Below are positions 45,311-53,070 of a stretch of DNA of 64,000 nucleotides, in pieces. The first letter of the stretch is position 1, and the number at the start of each line of letters is the position of its first letter. Source of the stretch: Candidatus Shapirobacteria bacterium (lineage in GTDB: Bacteria > Patescibacteriota > Microgenomatia > UBA12405); NCBI GenBank assembly GCA_041665485.1, contig JBAYIT010000001.1:204270-268269 (forward strand). Reading direction: 5' to 3'. Position numbers and translations under genes: made by a program. The notes beneath the pieces are model-generated. The model ran no database searches. It was not told the DNA's origin and saw nothing but the letters and a program-made list of their open reading frames with translations.

Positions 45311-46771
45311 TTAAAAGGTTGCTGTAGCAGTATAGGTTAACTGATTTTCGTAATTGCCAGCGGGTTGAGTGCTGGAAGCAACTAAACGATAGCAAATATA
45401 GGCTTGTTCGGTGGCAGCGGGAGTACTGGCGTTACTCATGATAGATTGAGCTTGAGAATAACTTTTACCGAAAGCTTTGTAGAGAGAAGTGGAGCCGACC
45501 CCAACAGTGTTGGCGCTAATATTTTGTAGGGTGTAACCCCAGCTGGATTGGGTAACGTCGGTGACCCAGGTATTGCCAACAGAATAGGTGCAGGTGCCGG
45601 CATCGCAGTTGGTGTCGGGAATAGTGTTGCCGGTGCCAAAATCTTTCATTTGGTCGGTTTCATAGACAGTAACAACATAGCCGTTATCGGCATTGGTAAC
45701 ACAGGAAAGGCGTTGGGCGAGATTATTGAAGGCGGCTAGATTAAGAGAGCCGAAAGCGACGGCGGTAGCGGTGGTGTTGGCAGCATTGGAGCCGAGAGTG
45801 TTACCGCAAACGACGTTAGAAGCACTGGTGCCGACAGCGTCGACGTAAAAAGTAATTGAGGGATCGACAGTGGCGGTGACACGAACACTTTCAACAACAG
45901 CAATTTTGCCTTCGATGGTGTCATCGGTGATAATGGCATCGGTGTCGTCTAAATGGCGAATGAAGAAAGAGTAAGTATCGGCAGTGGAGTTGGCTTGACC
46001 TTCAGTGTGAGATAGAGCCGGAGCCGGATTAATAAGTTGACTACCGGAAGCTAGGGCTCGGCCGATAGTGACGGTTGCGCCAACTCCGACGGGGTTGGTG
46101 ACGCCGGCGGCCAGGTCGCAGAGAATGACGTGATAGCTATTACTATTAATAACGGCGGTGGTGCCAACGGAGGCGGTGCCAAAGGGGCAAGAAACGTCGG
46201 CAGCAGTTAGCCGTGTGCCAAGGCCGGCGGAGCCGGAGCTGGGAGTAGTGGCACCGAAGTCAAATCCTTGCTGATCAGGAATACCGTCGTTGTAAGTTTC
46301 TCCGGAGCGACTAGTGGCTTTGATTAAGAACTGCCAAGCACCGGCAGTTTTGTTTGATTGAGGAGTAAAGGAAATAGTGTGAATAGCAGAGCGGGTGGCG
46401 ATAACGGCGTTGCCAACAAACGAGGCGAGGTGGGAAACAGTGGTGCCGATTTGAAAAGTGGCAGTATTACCAAGACCATTAACAGTGTAGGTGTTGAGGG
46501 TGGTGGCGCCACTGGTGCCGATGGCAATAGTATCGCCAACAAAAAGATTGTTAGTAGTGTTGCTGGGATTGGCAGTAAGGGCAATTTTGAGGATGGTGTC
46601 GTTTATGGTGTTACCGGTGCCCAGACGGGCAAAATAAGAGAGTTGGGAGGTGGAAAGAGTGTCTTTAACGTTGATAGGGCGGACTGATTGAAGCTTTTGA
46701 GGGCGAAGAGAAATAAAAATAGAGGCAATAATAAAACAGGCTAGGGGTAAAAAAATTTTTTGATGTTTCAC
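45311..46771 (-). CDS. Secreted surface/pilin-like protein with WxL-like C-terminus
   Basis: Thr/Ala-rich; VTATVDPSITF, TNADNGYVV; ends QPAGNYENQLTYTATATF. Confidence 0.7.
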   Translation of the reverse strand: MKHQKIFLPLACFIIASIFISLRPQKLQSVRPINVKDTLSTSQLSYFARLGTGNTINDTILKIALTANPSNTTNNLFVGDTIAIGTSGATTLNTYTVNGLGNTATFQIGTTVSHLASFVGNAVIATRSAIHTISFTPQSNKTAGAWQFLIKATSRSGETYNDGIPDQQGFDFGATTPSSGSAGLGTRLTAADVSCPFGTASVGTTAVINSNSYHVILCDLAAGVTNPVGVGATVTIGRALASGSQLINPAPALSHTEGQANSTADTYSFFIRHLDDTDAIITDDTIEGKIAVVESVRVTATVDPSITFYVDAVGTSASNVVCGNTLGSNAANTTATAVAFGSLNLAAFNNLAQRLSCVTNADNGYVVTVYETDQMKDFGTGNTIPDTNCDAGTCTYSVGNTWVTDVTQSSWGYTLQNISANTVGVGSTSLYKAFGKSYSQAQSIMSNASTPAATEQAYICYRLVASSTQPAGNYENQLTYTATATF

Positions 46772-47604
46772 TTTGGTGATTTAATATTAGTAGTGGGCCG
46801 AAAGGTTGTCAACAGGCGAATTATTAGGAGAAAAGTAATTAGGATCAGGGGAGAAAGAGGGAGGATGTAAAAATTAACCGATGTTTGGCCAAGAGTGGCA
46901 GTATAAAGCCCTGGCCAAAAGGGTGGTTTAAGAAAGCAATTAACCGGTAATTTTTGAGAATCGAGGCAGCGAAAGGGGCGGGAATTATTGGCTAAAATGT
47001 TATCTGGGGCCAGAGTGAGGCGGGAAATTTCCAGATTATTTTTGGTGATAATAATTTGATCTTGAATTTTAGTGAAATGGGAAGTGGAATTAGTGATTTG
47101 GCCGGAAAAGTTTAGAGGAGTAAGAAATATGTCTTTGATTTGAGGGGAGATAGTAAAGATGGTGGTGGTTTTCTGGGGCAGATTTTGGGAGGGAGAAAAG
47201 GAGAGGAGGAGGTGGGAGCCAATACGGGCGGAAACAGAGGTGGAGTTGCCGTCGGCGACGGCCGATGGCTCTTGAGATATAAATAGGGTGTAGTAGGCAT
47301 CGGTGGGAGCGAAGTTGGTATCAGAGGAAATTTTGAGAACCAGTTGTTGACTTTGGCCTGGTCCGAGGCGGAAAGGTTGACCAAGCCGAAGGTCGCTATT
47401 ATTGAGTTCAAAATAAATGCCGGGGGGAGTGGTAACAGAGTCGTAGGTAACCGAGCCATTGGAGCCTTTGGGGAGCCAAGGGAGAATGGAGGTGGTGACT
47501 ATTTGGGGCGAATCGGAGAGATTTTGGATGTCAAAGGCTTGGGTGACTTTAATTCCGGGCTTGATGACTAGTTCGACTTGGGCAGGGGAGATGGAGAGTT
47601 TCAT
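46768..47604 (-). CDS. Second DUF916/chaperone-like protein with C-terminal TM
   Basis: LSISPAQVELVIKPG, LGPGQSQQLVL, IGSHLLLS; resembles 44265-45266. Confidence 0.68.
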   Translation of the reverse strand: MKLSISPAQVELVIKPGIKVTQAFDIQNLSDSPQIVTTSILPWLPKGSNGSVTYDSVTTPPGIYFELNNSDLRLGQPFRLGPGQSQQLVLKISSDTNFAPTDAYYTLFISQEPSAVADGNSTSVSARIGSHLLLSFSPSQNLPQKTTTIFTISPQIKDIFLTPLNFSGQITNSTSHFTKIQDQIIITKNNLEISRLTLAPDNILANNSRPFRCLDSQKLPVNCFLKPPFWPGLYTATLGQTSVNFYILPLSPLILITFLLIIRLLTTFRPTTNIKSPK

Positions 47605-47885
47605 ACAGATTTACACGAATTTATAACGGATTTACACTGATCTTTAGCGGATTCACACGGATCCATTGTCCACACCAGTCTCTTGATGTAGAGCTTGGAA
47701 GCACCGAAGTTAATCAAAAGTCCGAGTTGATAATTGGTTGATTTTAGATAATGAAGAAGTTGTTGTTTGGTTTGATAGACTTGCTCTTTGTGACCAAAAC
47801 CAAGACTGTTGTAGACATTAAACACTGCCCCCCGAATGGAGTAGGACAAGTCGGCGTAAATCAGCTTTTTATCTGTGGTAATCAT
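47601..47885 (-). pseudogene. GxxExxY protein with internal in-frame deletion
   Basis: LSYSIRGAVFNVYNSLGFGHKEQVYQ is joined directly to QLLHYLKSTNYQLGLLINFG; the central part is missing and the tail is encoded by ~9-nt repeats. Confidence 0.8.
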
Positions 47886-48649
47886 TAGTACTTAGGAATG
47901 GCAGTAAAATTAATAGAATTTTGGTATTGGCCCTCGGGTTGGAGAGGGGAGATGTTAACTTTGTAGGTGATTTGATTGATATGATCTTTGACGGGGGAAT
48001 TTTCTGAGGCAATGATTTGGGGAATTTCGCTAGTTGCTTGGTTGGCAAATTGGCGGTAGTGGGAGGTGGTGGCAAAATAGGTGGTGGCGCCGGGGCCGGA
48101 GGCGCCGATGCCAAAGCCGTATTTGGAATCGTCGTCCCAAAGAGCGGAGGTGGTTTCGGAACAATTGGCAAGATTGCAAGTGGTGTCGGGAATGGTTTGA
48201 CCGATTGAATTGGTGAGGGGGTGATTTTGAGAAACAGTGACGTCGTAGCCATGACCAGAGGGCGTAGTGATGGTGAGAGTGTTGGTAAGAGTGGTGCCAA
48301 CATTGGGGGTAAGGGAGCCAAAATTTAGATCGAGATTATCAATTTCAAAAGAAAATTTATTAATTAGGATGTCGTAGATGTATTGAAAACCCATTTTGGC
48401 AGTGTAGCCATTGGAATCAAATTGGCCGGGGGCATTTTGACCAACGGTGTCGGTTAAAGAATAGTTGTTGGATGATTTTTTGCCGGATGTCATATTGAAA
48501 TTACCCCAGTCGATAGTGTAGGTGGCGGATTCAAAATGTTGGGATCGCGCCGGAGGCGGAAATAACAAATTACAAAAAACAATTTCCAAACAAATCCCAA
48601 TGACCAAAACCGGCAAATTTTTAATTTTTAATTTTAAATTTTTAATCAA
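47885..48649 (-). CDS. Secreted protein with WxL-like C-terminus
   Basis: NFGSLTPN, ITTPSGHGYDV, IPDTTC; ends QPEGQYQNSINFTAIPKY; resembles the C-terminus of 45311-46771. Confidence 0.7.
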   Translation of the reverse strand: MIKNLKLKIKNLPVLVIGICLEIVFCNLLFPPPARSQHFESATYTIDWGNFNMTSGKKSSNNYSLTDTVGQNAPGQFDSNGYTAKMGFQYIYDILINKFSFEIDNLDLNFGSLTPNVGTTLTNTLTITTPSGHGYDVTVSQNHPLTNSIGQTIPDTTCNLANCSETTSALWDDDSKYGFGIGASGPGATTYFATTSHYRQFANQATSEIPQIIASENSPVKDHINQITYKVNISPLQPEGQYQNSINFTAIPKY

Positions 48650-48711
48650 TTTGAAATTTTCAATTTTAAAAATTATTTAGAAATTAGAAATTGGAAATTA
48701 GGATTTAGACT

Positions 48712-49350
48712 TTAAATGTCTTCCGATTTATCATCAATTTCAGAAGTTAGTTTTTGGGAGGAATTTAAAAGAGACTTGGCCGAGTCTTTGACGAATTTGA
48801 GTTGTTCTTTTTGGGTATGAGGGAGAGTAGGGTTGGAAAGAAGGACAGAAGTGGTGTCGATTATCTTGACAATGCCGGTTTTGAATTTAAGGGTGAGCCA
48901 GAGAAAAAAATCGGTTTCGTCGGTGGCTAGAGTGGAGGTGAGACGCTGGTTTTGGAGGAATTGATGGCCAATAAACCAAGCGAGTGGAGTAACAAAAACG
49001 ATGGAAATTAAAGGGATAACAGAGGGAGGAGAGTTGAGTGATTGAGAAAGGAGAATAACTTGAGTAAAAGAGAGGGCCATGGTGGTGGAGGGAGGGTTTT
49101 GGAAGGAAACGGTAAAGAGAAGAAAGTAGATCAGAAAGAAGAAGGGCGAATTGAGACCACCAGTGCTAAAAACAACCAGATGACAGATGATGGATAGAAA
49201 GTAATTTAAGCTTCGGGAGTATTTTTTAACAATAAAGGGAGTAATGATGCCAGTAATGGCAATGAGCTGGGGAGCGAGATTTTCAAAGGGAGTGAGAGTA
49301 AAGAGAAAGGGGATGGCGGCAGTGAGACAGAAATAGATGATGGAGAACAT
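48712..49350 (-). CDS. Membrane protein
   Basis: About five TMs, STGGLNSPFFFLIYFLLF motif and a helical C-terminus. Confidence 0.75.
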   Translation of the reverse strand: MFSIIYFCLTAAIPFLFTLTPFENLAPQLIAITGIITPFIVKKYSRSLNYFLSIICHLVVFSTGGLNSPFFFLIYFLLFTVSFQNPPSTTMALSFTQVILLSQSLNSPPSVIPLISIVFVTPLAWFIGHQFLQNQRLTSTLATDETDFFLWLTLKFKTGIVKIIDTTSVLLSNPTLPHTQKEQLKFVKDSAKSLLNSSQKLTSEIDDKSEDI

Positions 49351-49423
49351 TTATTTAGTCTAAGTTAAAAAGTCCAAAAAGTCCAAAAAGTTAGAAAGTC
49401 TAAAACTAGTTTAGAATTAAGTA

Positions 49424-50053
49424 ATGAGGAAATTGGTTTTGACCGATGCGATGTTAGTGCTGGGATTGGGGCTAATTGTGGCCGGAATGGCGATCAATTT
49501 AAAATCTTCGAATACTTCTCAATCAAAAAAACTAGAGATAATTAAGGCCGGGGTATCAGCTACGCCCACCCCGGCAAGCTCGTTTTTAGTGGATGTGTCA
49601 GGGGAAGTGATTAGGCCTGGAGTTTACAAACTAGGGGGTGAGGCACGGATTAATGATGTGTTGGTGGCCTCGGGTGGGCTGACGGCTAAGGCGGATAGAG
49701 AATGGGTGGAGGCCAATATTAATCGAGCGGAAAAAGTGAGGGATGGAATGAAGATTTTCGTGCCGAAAATAAATCAACAAGTTCCAAAAAATCCGTCTGA
49801 GACGGACTCAACTTCGTTTCGCAATTTCCAAACAAGTTCCACGTACCAAGTTCCAAGTTCCAAAACAATTAGTTTAAATACAGCGAGTTTGGCACAGTTG
49901 GATAGTTTGCCAAAAATTGGGCCGGTAATCGGGCAAAGAATTATTGATTATCGAACTAAAAATGGGGGGTTTAAAAATGTTGAGGAGTTGAAATTAGTGA
50001 CGGGAATTGGGGATAAAATGTTTGAGGAAATTCGGGATTTAATTACTTTGTAA
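49424..50053 (+). CDS. comEA: Competence protein ComEA (SLBB + HhH)
   Basis: VDVSGEVIRPGVYKL, ISLNTASLAQLDSLPKIGP, GGFKNVEELKLVTGIG. Confidence 0.93.
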   Translation: MRKLVLTDAMLVLGLGLIVAGMAINLKSSNTSQSKKLEIIKAGVSATPTPASSFLVDVSGEVIRPGVYKLGGEARINDVLVASGGLTAKADREWVEANINRAEKVRDGMKIFVPKINQQVPKNPSETDSTSFRNFQTSSTYQVPSSKTISLNTASLAQLDSLPKIGPVIGQRIIDYRTKNGGFKNVEELKLVTGIGDKMFEEIRDLITL

Positions 50054-50189
50054 TTTTCAATTTTCAAATTCCAAAATCCAATGAATTTATTAATGTTTTA
50101 ATGTTCAAATTGAAAATTTTAAAATTTAAACATTCATTGGTATTTGAAAATTGGAGTTTGAAAATTAACTATGGTTTGGGGTTTAGGCC

Positions 50190-50990
50190 ATGAGAGAGTA
50201 TTTTTTGGAAGTAGTTTACAGGAGTCTACCTCCACAAGAGGCGGGGTTAATGGCGGGGATGGTGTGGGGAGACAGAAGTGGGTTTTCTCTCGAATTAACC
50301 AACAGCTTGAAGGATAGTGGGTTGTGGCATTTGGTGGTGGTGTCGGGAGCCAACGTGATGATTTTGGCTCGGATGTTGGTAGAATTATTGGCGCCTCTAA
50401 TTGGCCGAAAAAAAGCAATTGGGGTGATGATGGTTATGACTTGGGGGTATGCCGGAATTGTGGGGTGGGAGATGCCGGTGGTGCGGGCGATAATTCTGAT
50501 GTCGATTTACTATTGGGCCCAAGTCTTGGGGAGAAAGTTTGATGTTTGGCGGTCTCTCATGTTGACTGCTATTTTGGTGTTGGTGGCTGACCCGGAGGCG
50601 GTAGGGAGTTTGAGTTGGTGGTTATCGGTTGTCGCCTTTATTGGAGTAATAACTGGGAAAAATTTAAATACTTTTTGGCAGACGATTTGGGTGGGGGTGT
50701 GGGTGACGCCACTTTTGGCAGTGGCCATAGGCAAAATAAGTTGGATATCGCCGTTGGCCAATGTGGCAGTATTGTTTATGGTGGAAGTAATAACTGTAAT
50801 AGGGTTGATAGGGACATTAACGGGGGGTTGGCTATTGTGGGCGGCAATGCCGTTACTGAGGTGGTTGCTAGTGGTGGCCGGGGCAGCAGGGAAGGCAGGG
50901 GTGGTAAATTATCAATTTAATTGGCTGATGGTTATTGGTTGGTATAGTCTACTTTTTTGGTATTTATGGAAAAACAAAATTAAATCTTAA
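50190..50990 (+). CDS. comEC: ComEC/Rec2 competence membrane domain
   Basis: SGLWHLVVVSGANV, PVVRAIILM, SWWLSVVA, SPLANV. Confidence 0.9.
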   Translation: MREYFLEVVYRSLPPQEAGLMAGMVWGDRSGFSLELTNSLKDSGLWHLVVVSGANVMILARMLVELLAPLIGRKKAIGVMMVMTWGYAGIVGWEMPVVRAIILMSIYYWAQVLGRKFDVWRSLMLTAILVLVADPEAVGSLSWWLSVVAFIGVITGKNLNTFWQTIWVGVWVTPLLAVAIGKISWISPLANVAVLFMVEVITVIGLIGTLTGGWLLWAAMPLLRWLLVVAGAAGKAGVVNYQFNWLMVIGWYSLLFWYLWKNKIKS

Positions 50991-50996
50991 AAAAAT

Positions 50997-51089
50997 ACGT
51001 CATTGCGAGGAATAGTTACAAAAGTGACGAAGCAATCTCGATGAGATCGCCAGGTCTCCCGATAGTTATCGGGATCCTCGCGATGACGT
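50997..51089. repeat. Palindromic REP/RPE-like element
   Basis: ACGTCATTGCGAGG ... CCTCGCGATGACGT termini; related copy at 57133-57217. Confidence 0.8.
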
Positions 51090-51101
51090 GTGTATTGTTT
51101 T

Positions 51102-51854
51102 ATGAAACTTAAAATAAGTTGGTTGGTAGTTGCTGTCTGGCTCTTGATGGTTGGTTGGGTGGCGTGGGGGGAATTTAAAAAACCAAAACAGGTGGTAATA
51201 TTTTGCAATGTCGGGCAGGGGGATATGGCGATTGTGATTGACGGCGGATTTCAGATGATAGTTGACACCGGCCCGACAGGGAGAGCTGGTGTTGAGTGTC
51301 TTGAACGAAATTTACCAATTTGGGACAGAAAAATTGAAGTAGCGATTATTACCCATGGAGATGCTGATCATAGTGGTGGGTTAGTAGAAATTCAAAAAAG
51401 TTACTTGGTGGAAAAAATAAATGTGAGTGAAGGTGATGTGGTGAGATATGGTGAGGTGGAGTTTAGAGTGATTAGCGGGTCTCTCGACTTTGCTCGGGAT
51501 GAAAATGAGGGGAGTATTATTGGAGTTTTGGAATATGGGGATAAAACTTTCTACATGATGGCGGATGCGACGGCGGAGATGGAACAGGGACTGGTTTGGC
51601 GACAGAAGTTAGAATCTACGAATTTACGAATCTACGAATCTAGAGTTTTGAAGGTGAGTCATCATGGCTCGAGGGACGGGACGACGAAAGAATTGTTGGA
51701 GACGATAAAACCGGCAGAGGCGGTGATTAGTGTGGGGAAAAATAATTACGGCCATCCGGCGACGGAGACAATAAAAAGACTGGAGGAGTTTGAAGTGAGG
51801 GTGAGGAGGACGGATCGGGAGGGGGATATCACTTATAAAATTTTAAATTTTTAA
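51102..51854 (+). CDS. ComEC-associated metallo-beta-lactamase-fold domain
   Basis: NVGQGD, VDTGP, ITHGDADHSGG, LKVSHHGS, SVGKNNYGHP, RTDREG. Confidence 0.9.
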   Translation: MKLKISWLVVAVWLLMVGWVAWGEFKKPKQVVIFCNVGQGDMAIVIDGGFQMIVDTGPTGRAGVECLERNLPIWDRKIEVAIITHGDADHSGGLVEIQKSYLVEKINVSEGDVVRYGEVEFRVISGSLDFARDENEGSIIGVLEYGDKTFYMMADATAEMEQGLVWRQKLESTNLRIYESRVLKVSHHGSRDGTTKELLETIKPAEAVISVGKNNYGHPATETIKRLEEFEVRVRRTDREGDITYKILNF

Positions 51855-51968
51855 TTTGAAATTTTTAGTCAAAACTAAATGTTTTAATCCGTCTGAGCCG
51901 GACAAGTTTTAAAATTTAAGAATTTAAAATTGATTAAAAATTAAAAATTGTAAATTAAAAATTAGACT

Positions 51969-52949
51969 TTACTGATTTAGGGAGACTTGTTTGTAGACCA
52001 GGTCGGCGATGCCACGGATGGTGGCGGAAAGTTTGTTGAAGTCTTGGCCCCGAGTCATAATGCAGATGAGGTAGGGTTTTTGAGGATGATAGACGATACC
52101 GCAGTCGTGGAGTTGTTTGAGGCTGGTATCAAATTTTCTTTCACCATATTTGTGGGAGCTTTTGATGTTTTTAGGAGTCACAGCAGTAAGGCCTTGATTA
52201 AACGTGCTTTGGGAGAGAAGAGAAAGAAGTTTTTCGGAGTTGGTTTGATTTAAATAACTGGCGTTGTAAAGAATACGGAAAAATGAGGCATAATCCTTGA
52301 CGGAAATGATGTTGCCGCCTGGGTCGGAAAAACCCTTACTGATGTCAATGCCTAAATCAGAATAGGTTTTGACGATTTCTTGGTTGTCGATGGATTTTTC
52401 GAGAAGTTCGTAGGCAACATTGTCGGAATATATAATCATCCTTTTTAGTAATTCTTCAACAGAGTAAGTTTGATTGAGTTCGAGTTTAGTTTCGGGTTGA
52501 AAATTTTGGTTTTGATATTCGGAGAGTGAGGTAACGGAAAGCTCTTTGGTAAGAATTTGAGGGTCAGATTCTGAATGTTTAAGATAAGTGATGGCGGTGG
52601 GCACCTTAACCAGAGAGGCGGGAGAGAAAAATTCGTCTTGATTGATACCAAACCAGGGGCCATTATTGAGGTCACGAAAATAGACAGCAACAAAATCGAC
52701 AAGGCCAGAAGATTTAAGAGAGTCGATTTTTTGGGAAATAGCGTCTTCAAGAGAGTGAAGAACGCCTTTTGACGAGCTTAGGGCCGGGTCACACTCGATG
52801 AGGGGATTAATAAATTGGTACTTTTGGGGATTACGAGTTTCAGAAAAACTAGATTGAAGTGAAGAAGAGAAAATTTTAGTTAAACCGATGCCCAGGGCAA
52901 GGCCGAGAGTGAGAGAAATGACGATTATCGGGACTTGGCGATTAAACAT
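51969..52949 (-). CDS. Class A beta-lactamase-like serine hydrolase
   Basis: PASLVK (SxxK), MIIYSDN, SHKYG, HDCGIVY. Confidence 0.88.
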   Translation of the reverse strand: MFNRQVPIIVISLTLGLALGIGLTKIFSSSLQSSFSETRNPQKYQFINPLIECDPALSSSKGVLHSLEDAISQKIDSLKSSGLVDFVAVYFRDLNNGPWFGINQDEFFSPASLVKVPTAITYLKHSESDPQILTKELSVTSLSEYQNQNFQPETKLELNQTYSVEELLKRMIIYSDNVAYELLEKSIDNQEIVKTYSDLGIDISKGFSDPGGNIISVKDYASFFRILYNASYLNQTNSEKLLSLLSQSTFNQGLTAVTPKNIKSSHKYGERKFDTSLKQLHDCGIVYHPQKPYLICIMTRGQDFNKLSATIRGIADLVYKQVSLNQ

Positions 52950-53030
52950 TTCTAGGTGTATAATAGCAAATATGTTAATTAACCTCCTTCTCTTGTTGGC
53001 TTAAAAGGCGGGGGTTAAAGGAAAAGCACA

Positions 53031-53053
53031 ACCCCGCAAGAGCGGGGTTTTTT
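53031..53053 (+). terminator. Intrinsic terminator-like hairpin upstream of leuS
   Basis: AACCCCGC-AAGA-GCGGGGTT followed by a T run. Confidence 0.6.
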
Positions 53054-53070
53054 AGTTTAAAATAATAAAA

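Noticed and set aside
51969-52949. Antibiotic-resistance beta-lactamase
   Set aside because: The KYG motif replaces KTG and the protein looks like the common CPR serine-hydrolase type; resistance cannot be inferred.
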